From: Macrostomum lignano
Lineage: Eukaryota
Reading direction: 5' to 3'
Length of the DNA: 64,000 nt
Assembly (NCBI GenBank): GCA_002269645.1
Contig: NIVC01001356.1
Coordinates: forward strand, 186,001-250,000
In this document: positions 42,001-54,396 of the stretch, in pieces
How the letters are laid out: the number at the start of each line of letters is the position of its first letter
How positions within the stretch are numbered: the first letter of the stretch is position 1
Position numbers and translations under genes: made by a program
The notes under the pieces: model-generated
Databases searched by the model: none
What the model saw: the letters and a program-made list of their open reading frames with translations, nothing else
Told to the model about the DNA's origin: nothing

Positions 42001-45000
42001 CAAACCCCTAGTTAAGCCACACTTCACTAAGCCCTGATTAAGTTCCGCTCACAAACTTAAATTAAGTTCCCTCCAAAAACCCTATTTAAGCCCCTTTCAT
42101 AAAACCTCTAATTAAGCTCCCTCCACAAGCCCCTAATTAAGCTGCCTCCATAAAACCCTAATTAAGCTCCTTTTACAAAACCCTAATTAAGCTCCCTTCA
42201 CAACCCCTAATTAAGCTCCCTTCACAACCCTTAATTAAGCTCCCTTCACAACCCCTAATTAAGCTCCCTTCATAAAGCCCCTAATTAAGCTCCCTTCAAA
42301 AAACCCCTAATTAAGCTCCCTTCACAAAACCCCTAATTAAGCTCCCTTCGCAAAACCCCTAATTAAGCTCCCTTCACAAAACCCCTACTTAAGCTCCCTT
42401 CAAAAAACCCCTGATTAAGCTCCCTTCACAACCCCTAATTAAGCTCCCTTCACAAAACCCCTAATTAAACTCCCTTCACAAAACCCCTAATTAAGCTCCC
42501 TTCATAAAACCCCTACTTAAACTCCCTTCACAAAACCCCTAATTAAGCTCCCTTCACAATATCCCTAATTAAGCTCCCTTCACAAAACCCCTAATTAAGC
42601 TCCCTTCACAAAACCCCTACTTAAGCTCCCTTCACAAAACCCCTACTTAAGCTCCCTTCACAAAACCCCTACTTAAGCTCCCTTCACAAAACCCCTAATT
42701 AAGCTCCCTTCACAAAACCCCTAATTAAGCTTACTTCACAAAACCCCTACTTAAGCTCCCTTCACAAAGCCTTCAAAGCGCCGAGTCCCCCATGGCCTCC
42801 CCTCTGCAGGCTCGCAGCCGCATCGACCTGGACGATCTGGAAGACAAGTTCAAGCTAGCCGGCGGCGGTGGCACCGCATTCGGCGGCAAAGGCGACGCAT
42901 CGGACGGCGAATCGATGACTGCATCGTCGACGCGTCTTGCCGCCGCAGTTAAAAAAGTGGAACGACCGACACTGCTGAGTCACGACAGGTTCCGCAATCT
43001 GGCGGTAACCAAGCACAAAGTTGACTCGTTGGGACTGTCCTATGATCAGCTGGCTCTGGCTATTAAGCGATTGGATTCGGACAAGATTAACGCTGATATG
43101 GCTGAGATACTGCTGCGGCAGGGGCTGCCCTCGGATGAAGAGGTGCAGGCTTACAGAAGGCACCAGTTTGATGAGGGCAATCGGGTGGAGGATCTGAGCG
43201 AACAGGTGAGGATGAAGCAGAGATGCCTTTTTCGTGATTCTTCTCTACACTGCTTTTTGGGAAATTCTAATTACTAAATAAGTTCAGGATTTATGTGATT
43301 TTATTACGTAGTTGCTAAATTAGGGATTTGGGAGATTTTAGTCACTAAATTGAAGATTTAGGAGCTTTTAGTTATTAAATTGAGTATTGGGAGAGTTTAG
43401 TTACTCCGCCTCCTCGCTGCATCCGCCGGACGCCCCTGCAGCTAAGTCAAGTAAGTCAAGAGTTTAGTTACTAAATCGAGGATTGGGAGAGTTTAGTTAC
43501 TAAATAGAGGATTTAGAAAAGTTTAGCTACTAAATTTAGGATTTAGGAGAGTTTAGTTACTAAATTTAGGATTTAGGAGAGTTTAGTTACTAAATTTAGG
43601 ATTTAGGAGAGTTTAGTTACTAAATTTAGGATTTAGGAGAGTTTAGTTACTAAATTTAGGATTTAGGAGAGTTTAGTTACTAAATTTAGGATTTAGGAGA
43701 GTTTAGTTACTAAATTGAGGATTTAGAAAAGTTTAGCTACTAAATTTAGGATTTAGGAGAGTTTAGTTACTAAATTTAGGATTTCGGAGAGTTTAGTTAC
43801 TAAATAGAGGATTTAGGAGAGTTTAGTTACTAAATTGGGGAATTGGGAGATTTTGGTTGCTAAGCTGGGTATTTGGGAGATTTTAGTTGCTAAGCTGGGG
43901 ACTTGGGAGATTCTAGTTTCTAAGTTAAGGATTTGGCATATTTTAGTTACCAAGTTAAGAATTGAGGAGATTTTAGTCACTAAATAGAGAATTTACTGGA
44001 AGCTTGCAGTTATTAAATCGAGAACTTTTAGGAAGATTTTCCATGATGTCTGAAAACTGTTTTTACCTATTAATAAAGTGATTTAGACTTTATTTCATTT
44101 TCAGTAAAGTTAGCATTTTCAATCTTCAATTTTCAATCTATCAGGACCAACTCTTGGCTCGGTTGTGCCGGGTCCCCCGTCTGGAGCGCAGACTCAAAGC
44201 TCTACAATTTATTGGCCAGTTTGCTGAGAACCTGGCAGCGGTTGAGCCGCCACTGCTCACCATCATTGCGGCCTGCTCGTCACTGGAGAAAGCTAACAAG
44301 TTCAAGAAAGTTCTGGAGATCATTCTGGCTATAGGGAACTACTTTAATAGTCACCGGAGAGGCACAGCTTACGGCTTCCGTTTAGCCAGTTTAACAACTC
44401 TGCAGGATGTTAAATCTGCTGACAAGCGATGGACAATGCTGCAGTACATTGTGAACCTGATTGATACTAAAATGCCTGAGTTGAGCGATTTTGATGTGGA
44501 ATTGAAGCACTGCGAGAAGGCTGCCACAGTGAATCTGGATAATGTGAAAGCTGATGGGAATTTGCTGCTGGCTGGGTTCCAACAGGTGAGAATGCCTTTG
44601 TTTAGATTTATGAGGTCTCTGAGTTCATTTAGAATCGCATTCAGAATAGATCTAGTCCTATCGGGACTATGGTATAAAAATGTATCTTTTCTATCGACTG
44701 AGGTTTCAGAATAGATCTAGGTCTATAAAGACTGAGGTTTGAGAATAGATCTGTGTCTATAGAGACTAGGTTGAAGAATAGATCTAGGTATAGAGACTGA
44801 GGTTTGAGAATAGATCTCAGTCAATAGACTGAGATTTGAGAATAGACCTCGGTCTATAGAGACTGAAAGTTTGAGAGTAGATCTCGTCTATTCTCTTAAG
44901 ACTGATGTTTGAGAATAGACCTCGGTCTATAGAGACTGAGGTTTGAGAATAGATCTCGGTCTATAGAGACTGAGGTTTGAGAATAGATCTCAGTCAATAG

Positions 45001-48000
45001 ACTGAGATTTGAGTATAGACCTCGGTCTATAGAGACTGAAAGTTTGAGAATAGACCTCGGTCTATAGAGACTGAGGTTTGAGAATAGATCTCGGTCTATA
45101 GAGACTGAGGTTTGAGAATAGATCTCAGTCAATAGACTGAGATTTGAGTATAGACCTCGGTCTATAGAGACTGAAAGTTTGAGAATAGACCTCGGTCTAT
45201 AGAGACTGAGGTTTGAGAATAGATCTCGGTCTATAGAGACTGAGGTTTGAGAATAAATCTCAGTCAATAGACTGAGATTTGAGTATAGACCTCGGTCTAT
45301 AGAGACTGAAAGTTTGAGAATAGACCTCGGTCTATAGAGACTGAGGTTTGAGAATAGATCTCGGTCTATAGAGACTGAGGTTTGAGAATAAATCTCAGTC
45401 AATAGACTGAGATTTGAGAATAGACCTCCGTCTATAGAGACTGAAAGTTTGAGAGTAGATCTCGTCTATTCTCTTAAGACTGATCTTTGAGAATAGATCT
45501 CGGTCTATAGAGACTGAGGTTTGAGAATAGATCTCGATCTATAGAGACCGAGGTTTGAGAATCGACCTATTTTATAGAGATTGAGGTTTAAAAATAGATC
45601 TATTTTATACACAGAAGTTAAAAAATTTTGTGTCTATAGAGACTGAGGTTTGAGAATAGATTTCAAATACTGTGTAAAATCTATTGCCAGCAAATAGAGA
45701 CCACAGCTGAACATCTCATATCTAGACCTGTCAGATACTAAGAATCGATCCGCCAATACTCAATCTTCAGCTTCGCGCCTTAGCCGATGAAGAAGCCGCA
45801 TCAAACGAGGAAGACTCTCCAGATTTGCAACGCCTGACCCAGTTCATTCGGTCCAACCAGTCCAGAATGGACAAGATGAAAACCGATTTGAAAACAGCGG
45901 AGGACTGCTTCAATCTGGCTCGCACCCGATTCGGCGAGGGCATGCAGCAGGTCAGCACCGATGCCTTCTTTGGCGTGCTGAGCCGCTTCCAGACTGAGGC
46001 TCGTCGGGCCAGACATGAGCTGAAGAAGAGGCGAGAGGCTGAGGCCGCTGCTGAGGAGAAATCTGCCAAGGTAGGCTTATCTAATTTGTTCATTTAGCTA
46101 TTTTTATAGTCTAGCTGGAGTTTGGGGGAATTTCTCGAGTGTGGGGTATTTTTCCAATTAGGGTTATTATTATTTGTAAAATTTGGGTATTTTGTCCGGG
46201 AGGGGAATTTCGGAAGTGGGAGTATTTTTCTCCGGAAGGGGAATTCCCGGAGTGAGGGTATTTTGTCCGAGTGAGGGAATTCTCGAACTGGGGGTATTTT
46301 ATTTTGGGGGCAATTTTCGGAGCCGGAGTATTTCTTCCGGTAGAGAGAAACTCTCGGCGGGTTATTTTAGGGAGAGAGGAATTCTCGGAGAGGGGAGTAT
46401 TTTTTCGGGAGGGGGAATTCTCTGAGTGGAGGGGTATTTTTTCCGGGAGAGAATTCTTGGAGTGGGAGTATTTTTTTTCCGGTAAAGGGGAATTCTCGAG
46501 GTGGGGGGTATTTTTAAGAGAGGAAGGGAATTCTCGGAGTGGGGGTATGTTTTCGGGTGAGAGGAATTCTCGGAGTGGAGGGGTATTTTTCGGGGATGGG
46601 AATCCTCTGAATAGGATATTTCGTCCAGAAGTGGAATTCTCGGACTAGGGGGTATTTTGTCCGGGAGAGGGGAATTCTTGGAGTGTGGGGTGTTTTTTCC
46701 GAGGGAAGAATTTCCATTTTAACGGGATTCCCAATGTGAGGGGGTATTTTGTCAGCCAGGGGGGCAATGTGGAATTTTCTGAAAGTAGCTGCCACCCACT
46801 TTGAATAGATTATACTTAGTGAAATTGTATCACTTTAAGAAAGGCATTTTATTATTTTTGCCAACTATTTTCAGCAGGGTGACACATTTGATCGGGCAGA
46901 TATTCAGGTAAAAAAATAAATCTTATCTTTATCTATGCTGAAATTATTTAGCGGCTTCTCTGTCTATCTAAGCTGCCAGTACCGGATCATTGTGGTTATT
47001 AATTTTATATATAAGGCACTCATTAAGTATGCAGCTACCTTTAAAAACTTAATTGGATTGTTTTAATAGCGCCTCTACGTGGCTTTGTGTGTTGCGCAAC
47101 ACAATAATATTTGATTAACTGTCTGTCTGTCTTCACTCCACTTAAAACCTTGCAGCTGTTGCATTATATAATATAATAACTTGGAGCTTCTCATGCTCTT
47201 ATGGAAGTTTGAGTTCAGTGCTCCAGATTCTAGGGTCTATCCAATCCAGATTCTATGTCTAGAGAACTCCACGGCTCTTCTCTATCAGCAGTTTCCATCC
47301 AATCCAGATTCTATGTCTAGAGAACTCCACGGCTCTTCTCTATCAGCAGTTTCCATCCAATCCAGATTCTAGATCTAGAGAACTCCACGGCTCTTCTCTG
47401 TCAGCAGTTTCCATCCAATCCAGATTCTAGATCTAGAGAACTCCACGGCTCTTCTGTGTCAGCAGTTTCCATCCAATCCAGATTCTAGATCTAGAGAACT
47501 CCACGGCTCTTCTGTGTCAGCAGTTTCCATCCAATCCAGATTCTAGATCTAGAGAACTCCACGGCTCTTCTGTGTCAGAAGTTTCCATCCAATCCAGATT
47601 CTATGTCTAGAGAACTCCACGGCTCTTCTGTGTCAGCAGTTTCCATCCAATCCAGATTCTAGATCTAGAGAACTCCACGGCTCTTCTCTGTCAGCAGTTT
47701 CCATCCAATCCAGATTCTAGATCTAGAGAACTCCACGGCTCTTCTGTGTCAGCAGTTTCCATCCAATCCAGATTCTAGATCTAGAGAACTCCACGGCTCT
47801 TCTGTGTCAGCAGTTTCCATCCAATCCAGATTCTAGATCTAGAGAACTCCACGGCTCTTCTGTGTCAGCAGTTTTCATCCAATCCAGATTCTAGATCTAG
47901 AGAACTCCACGGCTCTTCTGTGTCAGCAGTTTTCATCCAATCCAGATTCTAGATCTAGAGAACTCCACGGCTCTTCTGTGTCAGCAGTTTCCATCCAATC

Positions 48001-51000
48001 CAGATTCTAGATCTAGAGAACTACACGGCTCTTCTGTGTCAGCAGTTTCCATCCAATCCAGATTCTAGATCTAGAGAACTCCACGGCTCTTCTGTGTCAG
48101 CAGTTTCCATCCAATCCAGATTCTAGATCTAGAGAACTCCACGGTTCCTCTGTGTCAGCAGTTTCCATCCAATCCAGATTCTAGATCTAGAGAACTCCAC
48201 GGCTCTTCTGTGTCAGCAGTTTCCATCCAATCCAGATTCTAGATCTAGAGAACTCCACGGCTCTTCTGTGTCAGCAGTTTCCATCCAATCCAGATTCTAG
48301 ATCTAGAAAACTCCACGGCTCTTCTGTGTCAGCAGTTTCCATCCAATCCAGATTCTAGATCTAGAGAACTCCACGGCTCTTCTGTGTCAGCAGTTTCCAT
48401 CCAATCCAGATTCTAGATCTAGAGAACTCCACGGCTCTTCTGTGTCAGCAGTTTCCATCCAATCCAGATTCTAGATCTAGAGAACTCCACGGCTCTTCTG
48501 TGTCAGCAGTTTCCATCCAATCCAGATTCTAGATCTAGAGAACTCCACGGCTCTTCTGTGTCAGCAGTTTCCATCCAATCCAGATTCTAGATCTAGAGAA
48601 CTCCACGGCTCTTCTGTGTCAGCAGTTTCCATCCAATCCAAATTCTAGATCTAGAGAACTCCACGGCTCTTCTGTGTCAGCAGTTTCCATCCAATCCAGA
48701 TTCTAGATCTAGAGAACTCCACGGTTCCTCTGTGTCAGCAGTTTCCATCCAATCCAGATTCTAGATCTAGAGAACTCCACGGCTCTTCTGTGTCAGCAGT
48801 TTCCATCCAATCCAGATTCTAGATCTAGAGAACTCCACGGCTCTTCTGTGTCAGCAGTTTCCATCCAATCCAGATTCTAGATCTAGAAAACTTAGAGTAT
48901 TAAAGTTATTAATAAAATATAGAGATAATCCAATGAATGACTCAGCCTTGTGCTATGGTCAGACATTGGGAATTTGAAGTGGTGTGAAGAAGTCAGTGCG
49001 CGTGCCTTAGTGGTTTCCATTTAAATTACAATGGCTGTGCTATTCATAATTTCTAGCTTGTTGATATTTCTAGGGGCCAAGTCCGTCTGTCTGTCTTGTG
49101 CCCATAAAATCTCTTGATTCTGCCAACTTCTATGCTGTGTTTTAATAATGGTTTCTTAGTCAGCTTTCCGCTACTGGGCAGACGGTTCAGCGCTATTATT
49201 TATTGTTATTAGCAATCAGTTCCTCTTCTCGGTTTCTGCACCATGCCATGCTTCTTGTATCTTCTCTCCTTTCTCCTCTATCCTCCCCTTTCCTCTCCTC
49301 TCCTCTCCTCTCTTCTCTCTCCTTTCCTCTCCTCTCCCCTCCTCTCCTCTCCTCTCCTCTCCTCTCCTCTCCTCTCCTCTCCTCTCCTCTCCTCTCCTCT
49401 CTTGTCCTCTCCTCTCCTTTCCTCTTCTCTCCTCTCCTCTTCTCTCCTCTCCTCTCCTCTCCTATCCTCTCCTCTCCTCTCCTCTCCTCTCCTCTCCTCT
49501 CTTGTCCTCTCTCCCTCTCTCCTCTCCTCTCCTCTCCTCTCCTCTCCTCTCCTCTCCTCTCTTGTCCTCTCTCCCTCTCTCCTCTGCTCTGCTCTTCTCT
49601 CCTCTCCTCTCTTCTCCTCTCCTCCTCTCCTCTCCTCTCCTCTCCTCTCCTCTCCTCTCCTCTCCTCTCCTCTCCTCTCCTCTCCTCTCCTCTCTTGTCC
49701 TCTCTCCCTCTCTCCTCTCCTCTCCTCTCCTCTCCTCTCCTCTCCTCTCCTCTCCTCTCTTGTCCTCTCTCCCTCTCTCCTCTGCTCTGCTCTTCTCTCC
49801 TCTCCTCTCTTCTCCTCTCCTCCTCTCCTCTCCTCTCCTCTCCTCTCCTCTCCTCTCCTCTCCTCTCCTCTCCTCTCCTCTCCTCTCTTGTCCTCTCTCC
49901 CTCTCTCCTCGGCTCTCCTCTTCTCTCCTCTCCTCTCCTCTCCTCTCCTCTCCTCTCCTCTCCTCTCCTCTCCTCTCCTCTCTTGTCCTCTCTCCCTCTC
50001 TCCTCGGCTCTCCTCTTCTCTCCTCTCCTCTCCTCTCCTCTCCTCTCCTCTCCTCTCCTCTCCTCTCCTCTCCTCTCCTCTCCTCTCCTCTCTTGTCCTC
50101 TCCTCTCCTCTCCTCTCCTCTCTTGTCCTCTCCTCTCCTCTCCTCTCCTCTCCTCTCCTCTCCTCCCCTCTCCTCTCCTCTATTCTCCTCTCTCTACTTG
50201 TGGCATTCCATTCTCTAATTTTCCTTTCGCCACGCAGCCACTCCCCAAACAAAGTAGAGTTTTAATTAGGCAAATTCAACCCATCATGCCATGCCGCCCA
50301 CTGCTCGCTGGGCCCATATGAACAAACCATTTGCGTCAGTCGTAAAACAGTCGTAGAAAGGGCCCTTTCTGCCGCCAATGTTTGCTGAAATAGCAGCTCA
50401 ACACAGTAGCATTATTGGCATTATAAAAAAGTTTTCAGTTCCTGATTACGTAATCTCTTAATAAATGCAAACAGTAGCTTCTCTGACTGCTTTTCAAATC
50501 ACTGGTGGAATGACTAGGAAATTTTTAAAGGCAATATTTTTGAGTGATTTAGTTACTACTCATGACTTTACACTAGTAGTAATGTATACATTTAGATACA
50601 AAATTAAGAGTCGTATTGATATTGTAATATTACATTTGTTAATTATAAATTACTATAGTTGACTTTGCAAATGATTATTTGATGACGCAATAACGTGCCA
50701 TTTTGATGATTATTTGATGACGCAATAATGTGCCATTTTGATGATTATTTGATGACGCAACAATGTGCCATTTTGATGATTATTTGATGACGCAACAATG
50801 TGCCATTTTGATGATTATTTGATGACGCAATAATGTGCCATTTTGATGATTATTTGATGACGCAATAATGTGCCATTTTTATGAATATTTGATGACGCAA
50901 TAATGTGCCATTTTTATGATTATTTGATGACGCAACAATGTGCCATTTTTATGATTATTTGATGACGCAACAATGTGCCATTTTGATGATTATTTGCTGA

Positions 51001-51510
51001 CGCAATAATGTGCCATTTTTATGATTATTTGATGACGCAATAATGTGCCATTTTTATGATTATTTGATGACGCAATAACGTGCCATTTTTATGATTATTT
51101 GCTGACGCAATAATGTGCCTTTTTGATGATTATTTGATGACGCAATAATGTGCCTTTTTGATGATTATTTGATGACGCAATAATGTGCCATTTTTTCTAG
51201 ATTATTCTCTTAGACTCTTTTTCGATACAGACTGCATTTTGAAAGTTTCCACTGTGCTTACATTGCGATTTAGTTCCATAGTAACTAATGGAAACTATCA
51301 AACTATAAAATATTTTGCGTTTCTTTTCCCCAGCGCAAACTGGCAGAGGAGCTGAGCCAGCGGACGCGCAAGCACACGCGGACCATTCAAGACGGCGCCC
51401 TTGACAACATCATGTCGGACTTCTATCGAGGCGCTCTGCTAGTTGACGACGGTTTTAAACGGAAGCGGAAAACTGCCGCGAATACTGGAGAGCCGGTGGC
51501 TGCTCAGTGA
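32636..51510 (+). CDS. FMNL: Formin-like (FMNL/FRL family) protein, 9 exons, 1111 aa: GBD/FH3-FH1-FH2-DAD
   Basis: Exons 32636-33036, 34218-34298, 39114-39531, 40232-40707, 41269-41914, 42810-43205, 44145-44585, 45771-46070 and 51334-51510 join in frame (3336 nt including stop). MGxxxS start, LENSLRT..WLEQF, TKTLVLELLAALC, polyproline FH1, LPMLNW, LEIILAIGNYFN...AYGFRL..L..L.DVKS, DAD DGALDNIM. Confidence 0.93.
33095..33400. repeat. ~23-bp repeat TTTCGGGTCTTTGTTCCGTGTAG
   Basis: Visible. Confidence 0.85.
33775..34165. repeat. 22-bp repeat ATCATAAATGCCATTTGTCAGA
   Basis: Visible. Confidence 0.93.
34218..34298 (+). CDS. FMNL exon 2
   Basis: WLEQFIEEGGLDLLIEYM; CACAG acceptor, GTAAAG donor. 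Confidence 0.88.
34680..35010. repeat. 22-bp repeat CTGATCTCTATCTGCCGTTTGT
   Basis: Visible; shares the GATCTCTATCT core with the next array. Confidence 0.9.
35435..37575. repeat. 22-bp minisatellite GTGATCTCTATCTACAGTCTCT, about 95 copies
   Basis: Visible. Confidence 0.97.
38385..39050. repeat. 33-bp minisatellite GGGGTGAGATTCTTAGACTGACCCGAAACTGCA, about 20 copies
   Basis: 11-aa periodicity in the track ORF. Confidence 0.95.
39114..39531 (+). CDS. FMNL exon 3 (low-complexity insert, then DLHNGIKCMRVFFN)
   Basis: In-frame GT/AG exon. Confidence 0.85.
39540..40070. repeat. 21-bp minisatellite TCTCTAGTCTCACCCTGCCGG
   Basis: Visible. Confidence 0.92.
40232..40707 (+). CDS. FMNL exon 4 (FH3/DID)
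   Basis: TKTLVLELLAALC...FMISCARFINIV...RVFLQSEFSQLGL. Confidence 0.92.
40712..41190. repeat. ~31-bp repeat AATCAAGCGCCACAATCTAGACTTTGGCGAC
   Basis: Visible; begins inside the exon 4 donor region. Confidence 0.9.
41269..41914 (+). CDS. FMNL exon 5 (coiled coil, FH1, FH2 start)
   Basis: Poly-Gln and poly-Pro tracts, then RLPMLNWTAIP...GTVF. Confidence 0.92.
42040..42770. repeat. ~26-bp repeat CCTAATTAAGCTCCCTTCACAAAACC
   Basis: Visible. Confidence 0.92.
42810..43205 (+). CDS. FMNL exon 6 (FH2)
   Basis: DLDDLEDKFK...LLSHDRFRNLAVT...LPSDEE. Confidence 0.9.
43295..43985. repeat. 30-bp repeat TAAATTTAGGATTTAGGAGAGTTTAGTTAC
   Basis: Two units per 60-nt line at 43561-43740. Confidence 0.92.
44145..44585 (+). 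CDS. FMNL exon 7 (FH2 post)
   Basis: FKKVLEIILAIGNYFN...AYGFRLASLTTLQDVKS. Confidence 0.93.
44690..45660. repeat. ~34-bp minisatellite with a 135-bp higher-order repeat
   Basis: Units of 34+34+32+35 bp recur; 45-aa periodicity in track ORF 44896-45402. Confidence 0.92.
45771..46070 (+). CDS. FMNL exon 8 (FH2 end)
   Basis: FGE...FFGVLSRF; TTCAG acceptor, GTAGGC donor. Confidence 0.9.
46125..46745. repeat. Degenerate ~33-bp repeat GGGAATTCTCGGAGTGGGGGTATTTT
   Basis: Visible. Confidence 0.8.
47225..48890. repeat. 58-bp minisatellite containing the palindrome TCTAGATCTAGA, about 28 copies
   Basis: Period 58 (47401, 47459, ...). Confidence 0.97.
49260..50195. repeat. (CTCCT)n microsatellite with duplicated variant blocks
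   Basis: Visible. Confidence 0.96.
50670..51195. repeat. 34-bp repeat ATGATTATTTGATGACGCAATAATGTGCCATTTT, about 15 copies
   Basis: Visible. Confidence 0.95.
51334..51510 (+). CDS. FMNL last exon (DAD + basic tail)
   Basis: CCCCAG acceptor; IQDGALDNIMSDF...FKRKRK...TGA. Not in the ORF track. Confidence 0.85.
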   Translation, partial: RKLAEELSQRTRKHTRTIQDGALDNIMSDFYRGALLVDDGFKRKRKTAANTGEPVAAQ

Positions 51511-51639
51511 TTTCTGTGAATAGTTTTTTTTGCTACTGTTGACTAAATTACTGACTTTGGTGAAACTTTGAAAATTTGTAAATCCATGATTGTTTTGTGT
51601 GAAGCTGAATAAGTTTTTACAATCTATGAATTATGGAGA

Positions 51640-52240
51640 ATTCAGGAATGAATTCAGTAATTTATTGAATCCATAAAATTGGTGAATCGATTAAATCAGT
51701 GAATTCAGGAATTTGGTGAATGCGGTAAATTGGTAAATCGGTTAAATCAGTGAATTCAGGAATTTGGTGAATCCATAAAATTGGTGAATCGATTAAATCA
51801 GTGAATTCAGGAATTTGGTGAATGCGGTAAATTGGTAAATCGGTTAAATCAGTGAATTCAGGAATTTGGTGAATCCATAAAATTGGTGAATCGATTAAAT
51901 CAGTGAATTCAGGAATTTGGTGAATCCATAAAATTGGTGAATCGATTAAATCAGTGAATTCAGGAATTTGGTGAATCCAAAAAATTGGTGAATCGATTAA
52001 ATCAGTGAATTCAGGAATTTAGTGAATCGATTAAATCAGTGAATTCAGGAATTTAGTGAATCGATTAAATCTGTGAATTCAGGAATTTGGTGAATTCATA
52101 AAATTGGTGAATCGATTAAATCAGTGAATTCAGGAACTTGGTGAATCCAAAAAAATTGTGAATCGATTAAATCAGTGAATTCAGGAATTTGGTGAATCCA
52201 TAAAATTGGTGAATCGATTAAATCCGTTAATTCACGAAAT
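51640..52240. repeat. ~34/51-bp GTGAAT-core repeat in the FMNL 3' region
   Basis: GTGAATCGATTAAATCAGTGAATTCAGGAATTTG recurs. Confidence 0.9.
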
Positions 52241-53134
52241 TAGTTATTCATAAAAATCATGGAAACAATGACTTTAATTTTTTCCACTGTTATTAATATT
52301 GTTACAAACAAAAGTTTCTGTGAATGCGTGAATTATCTATGTGAATAAGCTTATAATGTTCATGTCGCACTATTCTAAATTCACAATTCAAGCCTCTCAG
52401 TTCTTCCAACATTTAACAGATATCAATGCAATACAATGGGTCCCATGATTGGCCTAGTTGACCGTAATTAATTTCGTTTGTTAATTCTTCTTTTCGATTT
52501 TTTCCTGTATGCGCGTTTTTCACGCAAAAAAAATTAACAATGGTTGTCATTTTTCACCAGCCTTTTTCTACAAGATAGTTAGCTTCTAGTGTCTATTTTT
52601 ATATCTCTATTTACCGAGCAAATTTCATTTACAATACTCGTATCAGCCTACTTGTACCTACTGTTCAGCAGTAGAGTAGTCGACATGTTTATTGTTTTCT
52701 GTATTTTGTTGCTGAAAAGAAATCGACAATAATATTTAATTTAGAAGTTTCATTTTTTCTGCATACTACTACTGATCGAATGTAAGTAGCTTGTTGAGGG
52801 GATGTTTTTTGTATGATTAGTGCCTATTTATTTATTAAGGTTTCAATATGCACCGCTATTTAGTTTTTGTGTGCAGCATATCGGCACCGCATGGCCTGTA
52901 CATAACTTACTCTTATCGTTGAGGCTCCTGTGTGCATGTCAAAAATTTGAGAAACTTTCTTATGTATCTATCAGTTTATATAAATTCTTTCAATTCCTAA
53001 CTGCGTTGTTTTACCTCATTAAAACAGGAAAATTATGTTAATTTGATTATTAAATATTTTGATTCCTAATCTGTAAGCTTGGCTTATGATATGTATATAG
53101 GCCTTGCACACTGCTTTCTGACCAAATATGAGTT

Positions 53135-53580
53135 TTTCTGTGACCCATTGACCTTTGGCCCCGTTGCACTGTGACCCGTTGACCTTTGACCCATTCCGCT
53201 GTGACCCATTGATCTTTGACCCGTTGCACTGTGCCCCACTGACCTTTGACTTGTCCCACTGTAACCCATTGACCTTTTATTCGTTCCACTGTGACCCATT
53301 GACCTTTGGCCCCGTCGCACTGTGATGACCCATTGACCTTTGACCCGTTCCAATTTGATGACTCATTGACCTTTAACACGTTCCACTGTGACCCGTTGAC
53401 CTTTGACCCCGTTGCATTGTGACCCGTTGACCTTTGACCCCCTTGCACTGGACCCATTAACCTTTAACCCCATTGCACTGTGACCCATTGACCTTTGACC
53501 CGTTCCATTGGGACCCATTGATGTTCAACCCATATTTGACCCGTTTGTTTGCGACCTATTGACCCGTTATAGTGACCCGC
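53135..53580. repeat. ~30-bp repeat with TGACCTTTGACCC core
   Basis: Visible. Confidence 0.88.
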
Positions 53581-54119
53581 TAAAATCGACAACTATTGTA
53601 ACACCGCATAATATACTAAAGATATTGGCCTGTCAATATTATCTTAAATTCAGTAGTATGCCTATGTAATCAGTGTTCTCTGTGTTAAGAAAATTGTTTA
53701 TGAGCAACTATTACTCCACCTCTGTAGAACTATTTCTATCAATATTTAATTTTTTATACTGTTAATCATGAGCGAGTATTTAATCAGGTCTTGCTTCGAG
53801 AACAATATATTCTATCCGTTGATAATTTAGTTATTATTACTGAAATATCGTGTGGACTTTTTCCTAACTATAACAAAAAATATATCTTACAGTTTTGCTC
53901 GTTTGTTCAACGGGTAAAGTTTTCTGAAACTGTGCTGTTCTCGCGAATTCGCTTATTGACTGACAAATTGGAAATCGCAGAGAGTCTCTCGACTTTGTTT
54001 ATTCATTTCGGGACGACAAAAAAATGAAAATGCCTAAAGAATTCGCTAATCTTCTGATTGGAGCTAATTGCTCAAGTCCTGAAAATATTATTTCCTTAGT
54101 AAACTTTTCCTGCTTGTTG

Positions 54120-54235
54120 ATAGTTAGTTAGTCAGTTGGTTAGGTAATTAGTTTGTTAGTTATTTGGTTAGTTAGTTAGTTAGTGAGTTAGTTAGTTAGT
54201 TAGTCAGTTAGTTAGTTAGTTAGTGTGTGAGTTAT

Positions 54236-54272
<37 letters not shown>

Positions 54273-54283
54273 GTGTGAGTTAT

Positions 54284-54332
<49 letters not shown>

Positions 54333-54343
54333 GTGTGAGTTAT

Positions 54344-54396
<53 letters not shown>

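Noticed and set aside
43490-43800. TTAGG telomere-like motif
   Set aside because: Only part of a 30-bp intronic unit, not a (TTAGG)n tract.
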